In this document: positions 13,036 to 26,224 of the stretch, piece by piece | How the letters are laid out: the number at the start of each line of letters is the position of its first letter | How positions within the stretch are numbered: position 1 is the stretch's first letter | Assembly (NCBI GenBank): GCA_013239625.1 | Contig: MU053994.1 | Span: forward strand, 2,857,589 to 2,921,588 | Direction: 5' to 3' | DNA: 64,000 bases | From: Lama guanicoe | Lineage: Eukaryota | Notes under the pieces: model-generated | The model's input: only the letters and a program-made list of their open reading frames with translations | Database searches by the model: none | Told to the model about the DNA's origin: nothing | Program-made: the position numbers and the translations under genes

Positions 13036-13844
13036 ACAACGCTCTTACACTTTGAATTTAGAACTACGTGAATTTGTCTGACCAGTCGGCCATATTGACA
13101 CCCTTTTGCTACCTGATGGTTGGAAAAATTTCTCCATCCTAGTTACTCCTCTGGATTATGTGAGACCCAGCTGGTAGCCCACCTCTTCCCACAGCTCCAG
13201 CCACTTTGACCCACATGCAGGCTCAGCCTGACCCCAGCTCTAGGACCAAACAACTCCCTTGGACAAGATGGCAATAGGAGACCCCAGAGCACCAGGCTGG
13301 GATTCAGCATTAAGTTGACCCAACTGCTATTTGACTCTTATGTGAGGACCAGTAAAGGGATGCCCACATTGTTCCTGACACGTGGTCAACTTCCTGGGTT
13401 TCCAACCCTCACTGGGTCCTGCTAAGCTCTTGTCAGTACTTGTTCCAGGAACTGCAATCCTTGCATCTGCTGGCAGATGTCCCTTAAACAGACTCCTTGC
13501 CTGCCCGACTGCCCACTTCAGTCTTTGAACATTGCCTTCCCCTAGAGCCTTTGTCACCGAGTTCTGCCCTCTTGTTGAGAAATCCCATTCCTCTGTTCCC
13601 ATGTTCGGTCCTCCCATGCTGACCATTTTACTTGTTGTTCCCTGTCAAGCACTTTAGTATTTTTACTATTATTAATTCCATGCTATGTTAGACCTGCCGG
13701 AATGAATTTTGTCTCTGCACTTGGAGCTGAGGCACAAGGTCCAAGGTGCAGCCTATCCCCTCCCAGTCTGTCCCATCTGATTGCTCAACACCAGACATGC
13801 TGGACACTGGGAGCAATTCCGCTGTTAAAAATGTACATTCTCTC

Positions 13845-14170
13845 AAAAAGAGAAAGAAAAATACCATATGATATCACTTATATGTGGAATCTTAAAAAAG
13901 GACACAAATGAACTTATCTACAAAACAGAAACAGACTCACAGACATAGAGAACAAACTTCTTGTTACCAGGGGGCAAAAGGGGTGGGAAGGGATAAATTG
14001 GGAATTTGAAATTTGCACCTCTTGGGGAGTGATGGAAATGTTAGCTGTCTTGATTGTGGTAGTGGTTTCATTGGTGTGTACATCTATCAAAATTCATCCA
14101 ATTATACATCTGAAATATGTGTAGTTGACTGTATAGGAATCATACCACAACAGAGGTGTTAAAAAAAACA
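13845..14170 (+). mobile_element. chimeric L1 3' end (young plus L1ME-like)
   Basis: Young L1 3'UTR to about 14017, then an L1ME-type terminus and A-tail. Confidence 0.65.
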
Positions 14171-14396
14171 AAGTCTACATCCCTTACTGGAGGGTCTTCT
14201 GTGCTTCCTCTGAAATTTAGTCTGATTGAAGTTTTGTTTAAATATAATCTCTCAGTTACTCATTGGCAATATACACATTTAATGGAGGCTGAAGATTTCA
14301 ACTTTCAAAGATAATGCCAGGAAGTGGATTAACTGTAATCACTCACCATCACAAGAGATAAGCAGAAGCCACAGAAGGCATTACAGTGACTTAGAA

Positions 14397-14670
14397 CAGT
14401 GCTTCTCAAACTTTAGCGTTTATCAGGAGGGAGAGTTTGTTAAAGCAGAGTGCTGGGCCCCACCTCCTGAGGTTCTGATTCAGTATACCTGGGGTGGGGC
14501 CAAGAATCGGCACTTTAAAAAATTTCCCAGGTGATGTTATTGCTGCTGGTCCAGGTGTAGAGGTTAAGAAAACTGAGATACAGATGGATTATGTGACTTA
14601 TTAGCCCAAGGTCACATAGCTAATAAATAGTGGAACCAGAATTTTGAACCCAGGTATTTTTACTCCAGAA
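14397..14670. mobile_element. MER5A-like MITE followed by MIR
   Basis: 'cagtgcttctcaaacttt...ggtcca', then 'cccaaggtcacatagcta'. Confidence 0.75.
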
Positions 14671-14679
14671 CCATCAGTA

Positions 14680-15950
14680 CATCATTGTCTTCATTTTGGT
14701 AAAAAACAAACAAAAAATACAATAGAAACAAACTTAAAATCTAAGATATAAAGCAAAGCAAGATCATTTTAGAAGGATCATTGTGATTTAGCACTACTAA
14801 ATGTATAGATTTTTTGGCAGCATCTATTTTTTCAGCAGCCTGATTTTCTCTGAGTGCTAATGCTATTAACCTTTCAACCTGTTTCCTCTAGAGTTTTAAT
14901 TATTTTCAACTGAGAAGAAAAATATTTATTGAGCACCTGATATGGTAACCAGGGATAGTAATCGTCAACCATGTACTTCAGAGAAGCCTCTATTCCACTT
15001 GGCGAAATAACTGAAATTTTTAAAAAATAATTTAAAACTAACTTAAATTTTTTCTAGCTGAATATTTAACAGTTTAATGCAAAGCTGTGATTTCATTGGC
15101 AATGATTCTGTTGAACTTAAAATGTTCTTTGGGACCTTTTCTGCATTTTTCACAGTAGAATCTTTATGGATGAAAAATTCACAATAAGAAATGCAAACAA
15201 ATCAGCAATTGTCCTTACCCCTATGTGTCTACCCAGATACCTACTCTATCAATTACATGATTAAAAATAGTCAACTATAATTCCTTCCCCTGTAAAAAGT
15301 GCCAGCGTTATGGTACTATCATAAAGCAGAGCAAAAATCTTTAAAGTATCACTAAATTTCACTGACATGTGACCAAAAGGGTCATCTATGCAGATAACAT
15401 GAAAAAAGTCAAAGTATCACTTAGGTTTTAAGATAATCCTTTGTCTATTGATACATAGTATATTTTATAATGTGTAATTCTAACTGACTTCCTCATACTT
15501 ACAGCTAAGAAATGGCCAATTATTAATCTGCCTCTGCCACAGCACTTTATCTTTACTTTACCAACAAAGGCTTCAGAATCATTTAGACTGAAAAGCCAGC
15601 AAGCTTAGAAAGCATTGGGAAATACTCTTGAAACACCAGTGAACTATAGTTAAGCAAGCTCTCCATGTACGTGCAAGTTTTGTTCCCATTCCAGCAACAG
15701 GAGCATCAGTAGCAAACGTAACAAGTGTGTTCACTGGTGGAAATGGAGATTCTGAATTATTCAAAGTAATTTTCCCAATAAATGATCTATTGTGATACCA
15801 GTTACATGTTTGTGTTCATATTTTCATTATACTATATAGTTGGGTAATAGTAATGTTTAGAACAATACTAAATGAAACTGCAAAACAAACAGAATACTTT
15901 ATTACTGGATAAGCATTGGAATAGAGATTAAATAATTTAGAACATATAAG
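14680..15950 (-). mobile_element. decayed hAT transposase fossil
   Basis: ORF 15579-15764 reads LVTFATDAPVAGMGTKL...IVHWC, similar to the hAT TDGAxxM...IHCxxH region; ERGFS-like remnant near 14985. Confidence 0.6.
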
Positions 15951-16965
15951 GAATTTCACCCTCACTGTTGTTCAGGTCACCAAGCTGCAAGATAAAAGCC
16001 GTGGGTAAGTACCATAATACAGTAGGCAGAATTCTAGGAGTTGCAGAAATCTGCATTGAGGTCCCACACACATAGAATGAAACATGTAGACATGGTTGGG
16101 CAAAGAGCAACTTCTAAAGAAAGATCTACCAGGAAGTTGTAGTCAGTCAATTCCCAGAGTTCACATAGGACCAAGGATCTTCAAGTTCTTACCAGCTTGA
16201 GTAGAAAGACTTTGATCCTAGAACTGTCATACCTTAAGAATATGGCCAATGTAGCCCTAAAGAGAAAGCTAGTCTAGACTCACCCTAAAAATTCTTAAAA
16301 GAAATACTTGAAGGGATCCAGCTGACCTACAAATAGCATAACTGCCTACCAGAACAAGTCCAATAGTATGAAAGTAATATGGCAAATTCTCGGACTCAAT
16401 TACGTAAAATTCCTAATGCCTGACATCCAATCAGAAGTTACCTAACATGCAAAGAAACAGAAAGTATGACCCATAAGGAGAAAAATTAGTCAAAAGAAAC
16501 AGGAACAAGAATTACAGAATGATAGGGTTAACAAACAGGATGATAAAACAGCTATTGTAAGTATTCCCAATGGAATAAAGTAAAAATAGGAAGCATGGTA
16601 CAAGAAAATATAAACAGAATGAAATTAGAAATGAAAGATATGAAAAAACAGCCAAATGCAAATTCTAGATATGAAAAACACAATACTTGAATTTACAATT
16701 TCACTGGATGGGATCAACAGCAGATTGGACACCACAGAAGACCAGAGGACTGGAGACATAGCAACAGAAACTATCCAAAAGGAAGGACAAGGAGGAAAAT
16801 GGTCAAGAAACACACAGAGCCTCAAAGAGCTATGGGAAAATATCAAGTGGCTTAACATATATACAGTTGGAATCCCAGAAGAGGAGAAAGAAAAGGAGCA
16901 CAAAAATATTTGAAGAAATAATGGCCAAAAGTTTTCCAAAGTTGATTTTTAAAATTCTATAAACT

Positions 16966-17545
16966 TCAGTAGGTGAGTGGACAAATAAACTCTGGTACAT
17001 GCAGACAATGGACTGTTATTCAGCACTAAAAAGAAATGAGTTATCACACCATGAAAACATATGGAGGGATCTTATATGTGTATTGCTAAGTGAAATCTGA
17101 GAATGCTACATAATGCATGATTCTAACTATGTGACGTTCTGGAAAAGGCAATACTATGGAGACAGTAAAAAGATCAGTTGTTGCCAGGCAGAGACAGGGG
17201 CTGGGGTAGGGTTGGGGATGAATAAGCACAGGAGATTTTTAGGACAGTGAAAATATTTTGTGTGATACTATAATGATGGATATATGTCATTATACACTTA
17301 TCCAAACCCACTAAATGTACAACACCAAGAGTGAACTCTAATGTAAACTACGAACTTTGAGTGATTATAACGTGTCAATGTAGGCTCATCCTTAATTTAA
17401 AAAAAAAGTACCATTCTGGTGAGTGACATTGATAATGGGAGAGGCTATGCATATATGGGAGCAAAAAGCATATAGGAAATCTCTGTACCTTCTTCTCAAT
17501 TTTATTTTAAACCTTAAACTGTTCTAAAAAATAATCTTTTAAAAA
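16966..17545 (+). mobile_element. L1MB-type 3' end nested in L1 ORF1
   Basis: TSD aaaattctataaact (16951-16965) / aaaatcctataaact (17546-17560). Confidence 0.85.
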
Positions 17546-17669
17546 AAAATCCTATAAACTCACAGATCCATATAGTGCAAGGAACCCCAAACATGATAAA
17601 CACAAAGAAGACCACATCAAGACACATCCAAATCAAACTGTTAAAAAATAAAGATCAAGAGAAAATCTT

Positions 17670-17744
17670 GGCAGTTCCTCAAAAGGAGACTGCCCACTTC
17701 ATGAAGTGTTAAATAAAGCTGTTTGCATCACCTAAAAAAGAGAG
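17670..17744 (+). pseudogene. micro-retrocopy of a polyadenylated RNA 3' end
   Basis: AATAAA at 17712-17717; A-run at 17734-17739; TSD agagaaaatctt / agagaaaatatt. Confidence 0.55.
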
Positions 17745-20598
17745 AGAGAAAATATTAAAAGCAGTCAGAGAAGACAGGCACATGATACACAGATGTACAA
17801 ATGTAAAAATCACTGCAGACTTTTCTTCAGAAACTGTGAAAGACATATAAGCAGATCTTTAAAAATGTTGACTTAGAATTCTCTACCCAGAAGACATATC
17901 CTTCAAAAATGAAGGTTAACAAAAAGGTTTTCAGACAAATAAGAACTGAGAGAATTTGGCACCAGCACACCTGCACTATAAGAAATTTTAAAAGAAGTTC
18001 TTCCAGCAGAGGGATGTGATACCAGAAAGAAAGTTAGATCTACACAAAGAAATGAAGAGTACTGAAACTGTAAATATGTGGTTAAATATAAAAGTCATTT
18101 TCCTAATTTTCTAACTCTTTTACAAGGTAACTACTTAAAGCAAAAATAATTATGATGTACTGTGGGGTTTATAATATACAGAGAAATTAGCACAAAGGCC
18201 AAGAGAGGAGAAAAGGAAGTATACTGTTGTGGGGTTCTTATACTGTATGTGAAGTAACATAATATTGCCTGAAAATAAATTGTGATAAAATAAAGAAGCA
18301 TTTTGTAAACCCTAGAGCAAATATCTCAAAACAAAGAGGTATAGAGAATAAGCCAATAGTGGAGATAAAATGGAATCCAAAAAAGCAATCAAAAAGAAGA
18401 CAGGAAAAGAGGGAGAAAGGGATTAAAAAAAAAAAACACAGATGGACAAATAATAAAACAAAGAGAAAATGTTAGATTTAAAGCTAATCATATTGATACA
18501 GTAAAAGTAAGTGGTCTACACAGTAAGAGGGTGAAACAAAGAAAAGTAGCTGTCTTTTCTATTCATTTGGCACACATTTTTACAAGGCTATTAATAATGT
18601 ATTTGCAGATCTTGGATGTTTTTGAAATAGTAATAGAACTATGTATGTTTTAAGAAAAAAATAAATGGTCTAAATGCTCCAATTAAAAGGCAAAAATTAG
18701 CAGGCAGGATTTAAAAAAATAAAAGAGCAAGAGCTACCTATGTGCTATCTACAAGAAGCAAAAACCAATAGAAGTAAAAGAAGAAATAAAGTGAAAATTA
18801 TAATTGCAGATTTCAACACAATTCCCATAGTAGCTGATAGAAAAGCAGACAGAAAACTGAAAGGAGTAAAGAACACAACATAATCATTCAACTTGACTTA
18901 ATTAAAATTTAAAGTAAAATTTAATATTTAAATTAAAATTTGAGGTGCTCCACACAACTACAGAATACATGTTCTTTTCAAGTACATGTGGATCATTCAC
19001 CAAAATGGACCATATGCTGAGCCACAAAACAAGTCTTAATACATTTAAGAGAATTATAATCATACAGAGCATGCTCCTTAACCACAGCAGAATTAAATTA
19101 CAAACCAATAAGAGAAAGATATCTGGAAATACCCAAATATTTGGAAATGAAACCACACACTTCTCTTTAAAATTGAGTAAAAGAAGAAATCACAAAGAGA
19201 TTTTTATAACTTTAAACACTTATAAAAGAATTAATGTCTACAACCAATGATCTAAGCTTCTACATTAAGAAATTAGAACAAAAAAAAACTATAATTCAAT
19301 TTTTTTAAAAAAAGAAGCCAAAAAAAAGAAGAATATATTAGACCCAAAGAAATTAGAAGAAAGGAAGGGAAAAGTAAAGATAGGAACAGAAATCAACGGA
19401 ATAGAAAATGTACAGACAACAAAGAAAATCAAGGAAACCAAAAGCTAGTTCTTTGAAAATATCAATAAAATTGATAAACATCTAGCTAGACCAATCAAAG
19501 AGAGAGAGAAGACACAAATTATCAATATCAGAAATAAAAGAGGGCATATCATTCAGATCACAGATCATTGAGTCATTTATGAAATGACTCAATGCCAATA
19601 AGTTTATCAACTAGATGAAATGAACAAATTCTCTGAAAGAAAAAAATTGCCAAAATGGAGTCAACAAGAAATAAAAGAAGAAGAAACCTATATCAATTAT
19701 AAAAATTGAATTCACAAATAACCATTCCAGAAAGAATACTCTAGGCCAGATGGCTTCACTGAATTCTACCAAACACATAAGGAAGATATAATAATAATCC
19801 TACTAAAATCTTTCAGAAAATAGAAAAGAAAGGAACATTTCCTAACTCATTTTATGAGGCTAGCATTATCCTGCTATACATACCTGGTAAAGACATTACA
19901 AGAAAATAAAACTGCAGACTAGTATCCCTCATAAACATAGACACAAAAATTCTTGATAAAATATCAATAACTCAAATCCAGCAATATATGAAAAGGAAAC
20001 CAGACATGGCCAAGTGGTATTTATCTAAGGAATATAGGTTGGTTTATCATTTGCAAATCAATCAATAAAATTGGCCTTATTAACAGACTTTAAAAAATTG
20101 CATGATCACATCAATACCAAAAAAAAATCCACACTTGACAATGTTTAACTCTCATTCATACTAAAATCATTCAGACTTTTAGGAATAAAAGACAATTTCC
20201 TTAATCTGATAAAGAATATCGTTAAACCTACAGCTAACATCACATTTAATGTTAAAGAATGAATGTTTTCCCAGTAAGACAAGGAACAGGACCAAAATGC
20301 CAATCTTTACTATTTCTACTTAACATTGTACTAGCCAATGCAATAAATCAAGGGAAAGAAATAAACAGCATACAGATTGGAAAGTAAAAGGTAAAATTGT
20401 ACTTATTCACAGATGACACAATCATATGCATAAAATATCCTAAGGAATCTACAAAAAAGTCACTAGAACTAATAGGTGAGTTTAGCAAGTTTGCAAAAGA
20501 TGTGAGACAAAAAACCAAAAATCAATTATATGTCTATCTACAAGTAATGGACAATGGGAAATTAAAATTTTTAAAATACCATTTACAATAGCATCCAA

Positions 20599-20716
20599 GG
20601 GGGCAGGGTATAGCTCAAGTGGTAGAGTCCATGCTTAGCATGCATGAGGTCCTGGGTTCAATTCCCAGTACCTCCATTTAAAAAATAATTAAATTTTTTA
20701 AAAAATTAAGTAAATA
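20599..20716 (+). mobile_element. tRNA-derived SINE (Vic-1-like)
   Basis: TSD aatagcatccaa / aataacatccaa; A and B boxes. Confidence 0.9.
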
Positions 20717-22149
20717 AATAACATCCAAATATATGAAATAGGAATAGATTTAACAAAATATGTTTAAGACCTATACACTGAAAACTTCAAAATATTACAT
20801 AAAGAAATTAAAGAAGACCTAAATAAGTGAAGAAATAGAGCATATTTATGGATTGAAAGGTTCAATATTGTCAAGATATCTATTCTCCCCAAATTTATCT
20901 ATAGATTCAATGCAATCCAAATAAAAATACCACACCACCAGTCTTTTTTTTTTTTAAGAAATTGACAGGTTGTTTCTAAAGTTATTTCTAAACTTTATGT
21001 GGAAATGCAAAAGAACTCACATAGCTTAAACAATTTTGGAAAAGAAGGACAATGTTGGATTCACATAACCTGATTTCAAGACTTAGGAAACCACTGGATA
21101 CCCATATTTAAAAAAAAAAATGCCATTTTACCTTGCCTTACACTATACATAAAAATAAGCTCAAAATGGATCATAGACCTAAATGTAAAACCTAAAGTAG
21201 AAAACTTTTCCAAGAAAAGATAGGAAAAAAATCTGTGATCTTAGAATAAGAAGGGATTTCTTAGGACACAAGAAAGTGAACCAGATAAGAAAAAATTAAC
21301 ACATTGCACCTAATCAAAATTTTAAACTACTGCCCATTGAAAGTCAATGAGAAAATAAGAAAACAAGGCACAGACTGAGAATATTCCCAGTATATGTATC
21401 TGACAAAAGATTTGATATAGAAATCTACATAAAACTCTTAAAACAGTAAGACAAACAATCCCCCAACAGATGGGAAAAAAAATTTGAACAGATACTTTAG
21501 TAAAGAAGATACACAAATAGCCTATAAATACATGAAAAGATGTTCAACATCATTAATTACTGAAAAAATGCAAATTAAAACCACCCACTAGATCACTAAA
21601 ATGAAAAAGATTAACACCACTAAGAGTTGACAAGGATGTGAAGCAATGGAATTCCCATACCCTGTTACTGGGAATAAGAAATGGTACAGCTGCTTTGGGG
21701 ATCAATTTGGCAGATTCAGAATTAAACGTACACTTCCTATAAAATCCAGCAATTCCACTCTTGAGTATTTACCCAAAAGAAATGAAAACAGGCAAAGACT
21801 TGTGCACAAATGTGCATAGCAACTTTGTTCATAGTAGCCAAAAATTGGAAACTACATGCAAATCTATCAATAGAAAAGTTAGACAAATTATGGTATATCC
21901 ATATGAAGAAATACTATTTAGCAATAAAAAGGAGAAAACTATTTATACACACAACACAGATGAATCTCAGAAATATTATAATGAGTAATAAAACATGATT
22001 CCATTCATATGAAATTCTAGAACGAGCAAAACTAATCCATAGTGACAGAAAACAGGCCAATGATTGCCTGGGGCCAGGGGTGAAGGTAAGCACTGACTGA
22101 AAAGATCAATAAGGGAACTTTTTCAAGGGCTAGAAATGTTTTGTATTAG

Positions 22150-22492
22150 AAGTTGACAGACTTTACCCCTATGGGCGAAATCTAGCCCACAGTCTATTTT
22201 TGTACAGTCAGTAAGCAAAAAATGACTTTTACGTTTTTCATAGATGGTTGAAAAAACTCAAAAGAAACGTGAACATTATATGGAATTCACATTTCAGTGT
22301 CCATAAATAACCTGTTATTGGAATGCAGCTTATTCTATATTCCAATCCAACCATGCTGATTCCTTTATGTACCGTCTATGGCTGTTTCCATGCTCCAACA
22401 GCAGAGTTGAGTAGCTGCAAGAGACACTGTATGGCCTGCTAACTTAACTATTTACTATCTGACTGTTTACAGAAAATTCTGCCTAACGCCTG
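22150..22492. mobile_element. MER58-like hAT MITE
   Basis: 'tttactatctgactgtttacagaaaattctgcctaacgcctg' terminus. Confidence 0.75.
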
Positions 22493-22504
22493 GTCTAAGC
22501 CATA

Positions 22505-22905
22505 AAATGCCATGAAGTTTCCATCTTGCTCACTAGAATCCTCTCTAGCTGCCATGTAAGAAGGCTGACCACTCAGAGCCACAATGCTGTGGGTCACCAA
22601 GTCACAAAGAGAACCAAGTGTAGGCACTCTGGTAGACAATCCCAGCTGAAGCCAGACTCCAAAGTATCCTATCCCAGACACCAGATGTATAAATGAAGCC
22701 TCCTGGTGATTCTTTCCCCTCACTGTTCAAGTCATCCCCAGACATTTCAGTCTCCCAGCTGAGGCCCCAGACATCACAGAGCAGAGACGAGCTGACCTGT
22801 CTCTGCTCTGTCCTTTGTGAATTTGTGATCCAACTATAATAAAATACTAGCTGTTTTTTGCCACTAAATTTGGGGTGGTTTGTTAAACAGCTATGCATTA
22901 CCAAA
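22505..22905 (+). mobile_element. MaLR MLT1-type LTR
   Basis: 'gccactaaatttggggtggtttgttaaacagc' 3' end. Confidence 0.75.
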
Positions 22906-22982
22906 ATACCAATACCAAATGTAGGTTAATACCTACATTAATAAGAAAAGGATGGATAATTATGGATCTAGTCTTAAAGTAA

Positions 22983-23015
<33 letters not shown>
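22983..23015. repeat. (CA)n microsatellite
   Basis: Read directly from the sequence. Confidence 0.95.
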
Positions 23016-23038
23016 AGAAACCAACCAGGAAATCTTTT

Positions 23039-23173
23039 TTTTAAGTTTTGTATATATACATTTATTGACATATAGTCAGTTTACAATATTGTGTCAATTT
23101 CTGGTGTACAGCATAATGCTTCAGTCCTATACATGAATACACATATATTTGTTTTCATATTCTTTTTCACCAT
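23039..23173 (-). mobile_element. young L1 3' end
   Basis: TSD caaccaggaaatctttt / caaccagtaaatctttt. Confidence 0.85.
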
Positions 23174-23801
23174 CAACCAGTAAATCTTTTAAAAGATTTT
23201 CTCCATTCGGGTAATTACCTCTTAAAGAATGAATTTTCCACAAAATTCCAGCACATAGCATCAAAAATATTCAAAGCTCCAGAGGGCTGCCACTATGAGT
23301 CATCATGATGCAGCCTGGATAGAACTGGCAAAGGCTGCCTTTTATTTTTATGAAAAGGGGTATGTTTATTTCAGAAATGCGGGCTTGGTGTGCAATTTGC
23401 AAGTAAATGCTATTCACTGTATTAACAGGATAAAGGAGCAAAATCATGAGTATCTCAAAATATATTAAAAGCATTTAATAACACATTCATTCATGATAAA
23501 AATTCTTAGAAAGCTCCAAATAGAAATGGGCTTCCTTAAAGTGACACCACCTAAAACCTCACAACAAACATCATACACAACTATAAAATATTGAAGGCTT
23601 TGAAATTGGAACAAGACAAAAAAATCCACTGTCACTATTTAATCACCATTGTAATGGGGCCAGCACAATAAGGCCAAAAAGAATAAATGAGAATGCATCA
23701 TGTCCAGCAAGGATGAAATAAAACTGTCACTATTTGTTAGCAGCATGATTGTGTATGTGGAATGTTGTGTGTGTGAAAGGTCAGCAAGGTGCAACAGAAA
23801 T

Positions 23802-24513
23802 TGTTGCTGAAACTCGGCCTCTGTACGTCGCTTCCAAATTGAGAGACTCGAGGACAGAGTGTTGGATGAAGTAGAAAAGGCAGTTTTATTTCTTTGCCAG
23901 GCAAAGGAGGTCACAGTGGGCTAATGCCTCTAAAGCTGTGAGCCCTCCGGGGAGAAAAGGCAGGGAGGGGGTTTTACAGTAAGAGTTCAAGGGTTTCCAT
24001 AGAGATTACATACAGGGTAGCAATTTTTTGCAAAGTGGTCCTTGTTTTTGCAGATGCAGCAATCCCCTTTCTCCTGCGAGGTATGATGTTTACCTCTGGC
24101 TTTGGAGCTCTTCTAATATTTTTGTGCCTAAAACAGAGGGGGTCTGTGGAAAAGTACTCTAGAGAAAAATTTGTGCAGTGTAAAGTCAAGTTGATATATG
24201 CTTCTGGCATTTTAAGCAGGCTGGGGCCTGGGACCTCTTGCAGCAGTGTTTGCACAGGCTGGGACAACAGAACACAAAGAAACCATAAGGGGCTAAGTTA
24301 TGAACAGCAAGATGCACAAAATACCCAGCTGCTGTCTCGGAGGTGTTGGGAGCAAAAACAAGAGGGATAGGCAGACCACCAGAGTCCCCCTCCTTCTTTC
24401 TAGCCCAATCCTGGTCAGCAAAAGCACAAGAAAAACCCTATAAGTTATTATAGAGTTAAGCAGTTACAAATACCATATGGTCCTCGATGACATTAGGGTC
24501 CTGCTTGGTTACA
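23802..24513 (-). mobile_element. ERV1-type solo LTR
   Basis: TG...CA termini; minus-strand start TGTAACCAAGCAGGACCCT; minus-strand AATAAA near 23885; TSD aaat / aaac. Confidence 0.8.
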
Positions 24514-24623
24514 AAACCGTCAAAACATACAATCAGTTGCATTTTGATATGCCATCAAAAACATAATTAGGAAATGAAACTGTAAGAGAAATTCATATAA
24601 GCATCAAAAACACTAAATACATA

Positions 24624-24854
24624 TGGGGGGTGGGAAGGGACAGACTGGGATTTCAAAATGTAGAATAGATAAACAAGATTGTACTGTGTAGCACAGGGAA
24701 ATATATACAGAATCTTGTGGTGGCTCACAGTGAAAGAGAATGTGACAATGAATGTATGTATGTTTGTGTATAACTGAAACATTGTGCTCTACACTGGAAT
24801 TTGACAAAACATTGTAAAATGACTGTAACTCAAAAACAAACAAACAACAACAAA
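24624..24854 (+). mobile_element. young L1 3' end
   Basis: Perfect 18-bp TSD aaaaacactaaatacata (24606-24623 / 24855-24872). Confidence 0.9.
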
Positions 24855-25093
24855 AAAAACACTAAATACATAGATCTACCCTAGTTATGCAAAAACTCTA
24901 CAGAGAAAGCTATATAACACTTAATATTATTAATAGAAATGTGGGGAAATCTAGATTGTAAGATTTAATATTGCAAAGATAGCAATTTTCCACAAATCAG
25001 CTAAACTTAAGCATCTATATGTTGTCTATAAGAGCAGATTGGCTAGATTATTCCTTTTTTCTTAATATCGATTTTAATATTTTAAGTTACCAG

Positions 25094-25273
25094 TGCTGAT
25101 AAACAACAAAGATATATTGTATAGCACAGGGAATATGGCCATTGTTTTGTAACAACTTTAAATGGAGTACAATCTATAAAAATGTTGAATCACCATGTTG
25201 TGCACTTGACACCAATATTATATTGTAAATCGACCAAACTTCAATAAAGGAAAGAAAGAAATTTTAAAAAGTA
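25094..25273 (+). mobile_element. L1 3' end fragment
   Basis: TSD aagttaccag (25084-25093 / 25274-25283). Confidence 0.8.
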
Positions 25274-26224
25274 AAGTTACCAGAGCCATTATTGAGAATC
25301 TTTAGATGTTTTCATGTTGAAATGATTAAAATGACCTTTGGACTAATGAATGACGTCTAATGCACAAATAGCCCCCAACATCTTTTTATTTTTAAGTATA
25401 AACAACTATAATGGAAAGTCTGTAGAGGCATTCTTCTGGGAGACTCAAGGTTATGGGGCCAGAAACAAAGGACAAGAGGTTGCTAGGCAGTGATGTACTA
25501 CAAGATTTGGAGGCTCACCACCTACCTAGAAGGATACGGAACTCCCGCCCCCAATAAAATGAAAGGTAAGTTAAACTGCTTTGGAACTCAGTATTCATTT
25601 TCTTCCTAATCGTTCTAAGACTATAAATGCCTGTTAAAATAGATCTTTATATTCTGGCAGGGAGAGTTTGCCAAGGTTGGTTGATTTGGAACCCAAATAT
25701 TGCTTAAGCATTTAGGGCAGAGCTCCAAATGCATAGAGTTTGTTTCTCCCTCTTGCCAAAGTCGCGTCAGGCCATTTTCAAAGGCATCTGAATTTCATTT
25801 TTCCAGCAGCTTACATAGGTCACCCACAAAGCGATGTTTTTGGCTTTTGCAATCAGAATGCAAAGGTACCGTCCTACTGCAGCCGCTATGGTACCAAAGG
25901 TTAGCTGAGCCCAAGCGTTGGCAAGGATCCCCTTCTGCTGTAATGGCAGGTTGGCCTGCTGGCCTGGAGGAGAGCCTTTCTTAAGTACCACTCTAATCAG
26001 TTCACCAACCCACTGTAACTCCCAAGGCAAAGCTTCATGAAAGAGCTTGGCAGGTTCCGCTCACTGTTCCTCTGCCACCCCCAGTGCAATGCAAAGCAGT
26101 AGGATGGACTATTATTCTTTGGGCAAAGGGTCTAGGTTAGTTCTGGACTAACCCTGGTGTAAAGGTGGAGCTACCTCCACTCCCACACCCTACCCCATCC
26201 TGAGAGACTTTCATTTGCCACCAG

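Larger units (their letters stand above)
15960..22145 (+). mobile_element. long degenerate L1 (5' region, ORF1, ORF2, 3'UTR) with nested inserts
   Basis: ORF1-like peptide at 16656-16913; endonuclease FFSS..GSFTKMDHML at 18945-19250; RT LFTDD at 20397; many stops. Confidence 0.9.

Noticed and set aside
13564..13577. CTCF-like motif CTGCCCTCTTGTTG
   Set aside because: Mismatches at key core positions; a single motif with no other support.
18898..18942. AT-rich quasi-palindrome
   Set aside because: Low-complexity sequence inside L1.
20599..20680. tRNA-like sequence as a real tRNA gene (also 5553, 32162, 39550, 40530)
   Set aside because: Each has an A-tail and TSD-like flanks and has diverged from the others, so these are SINE heads.
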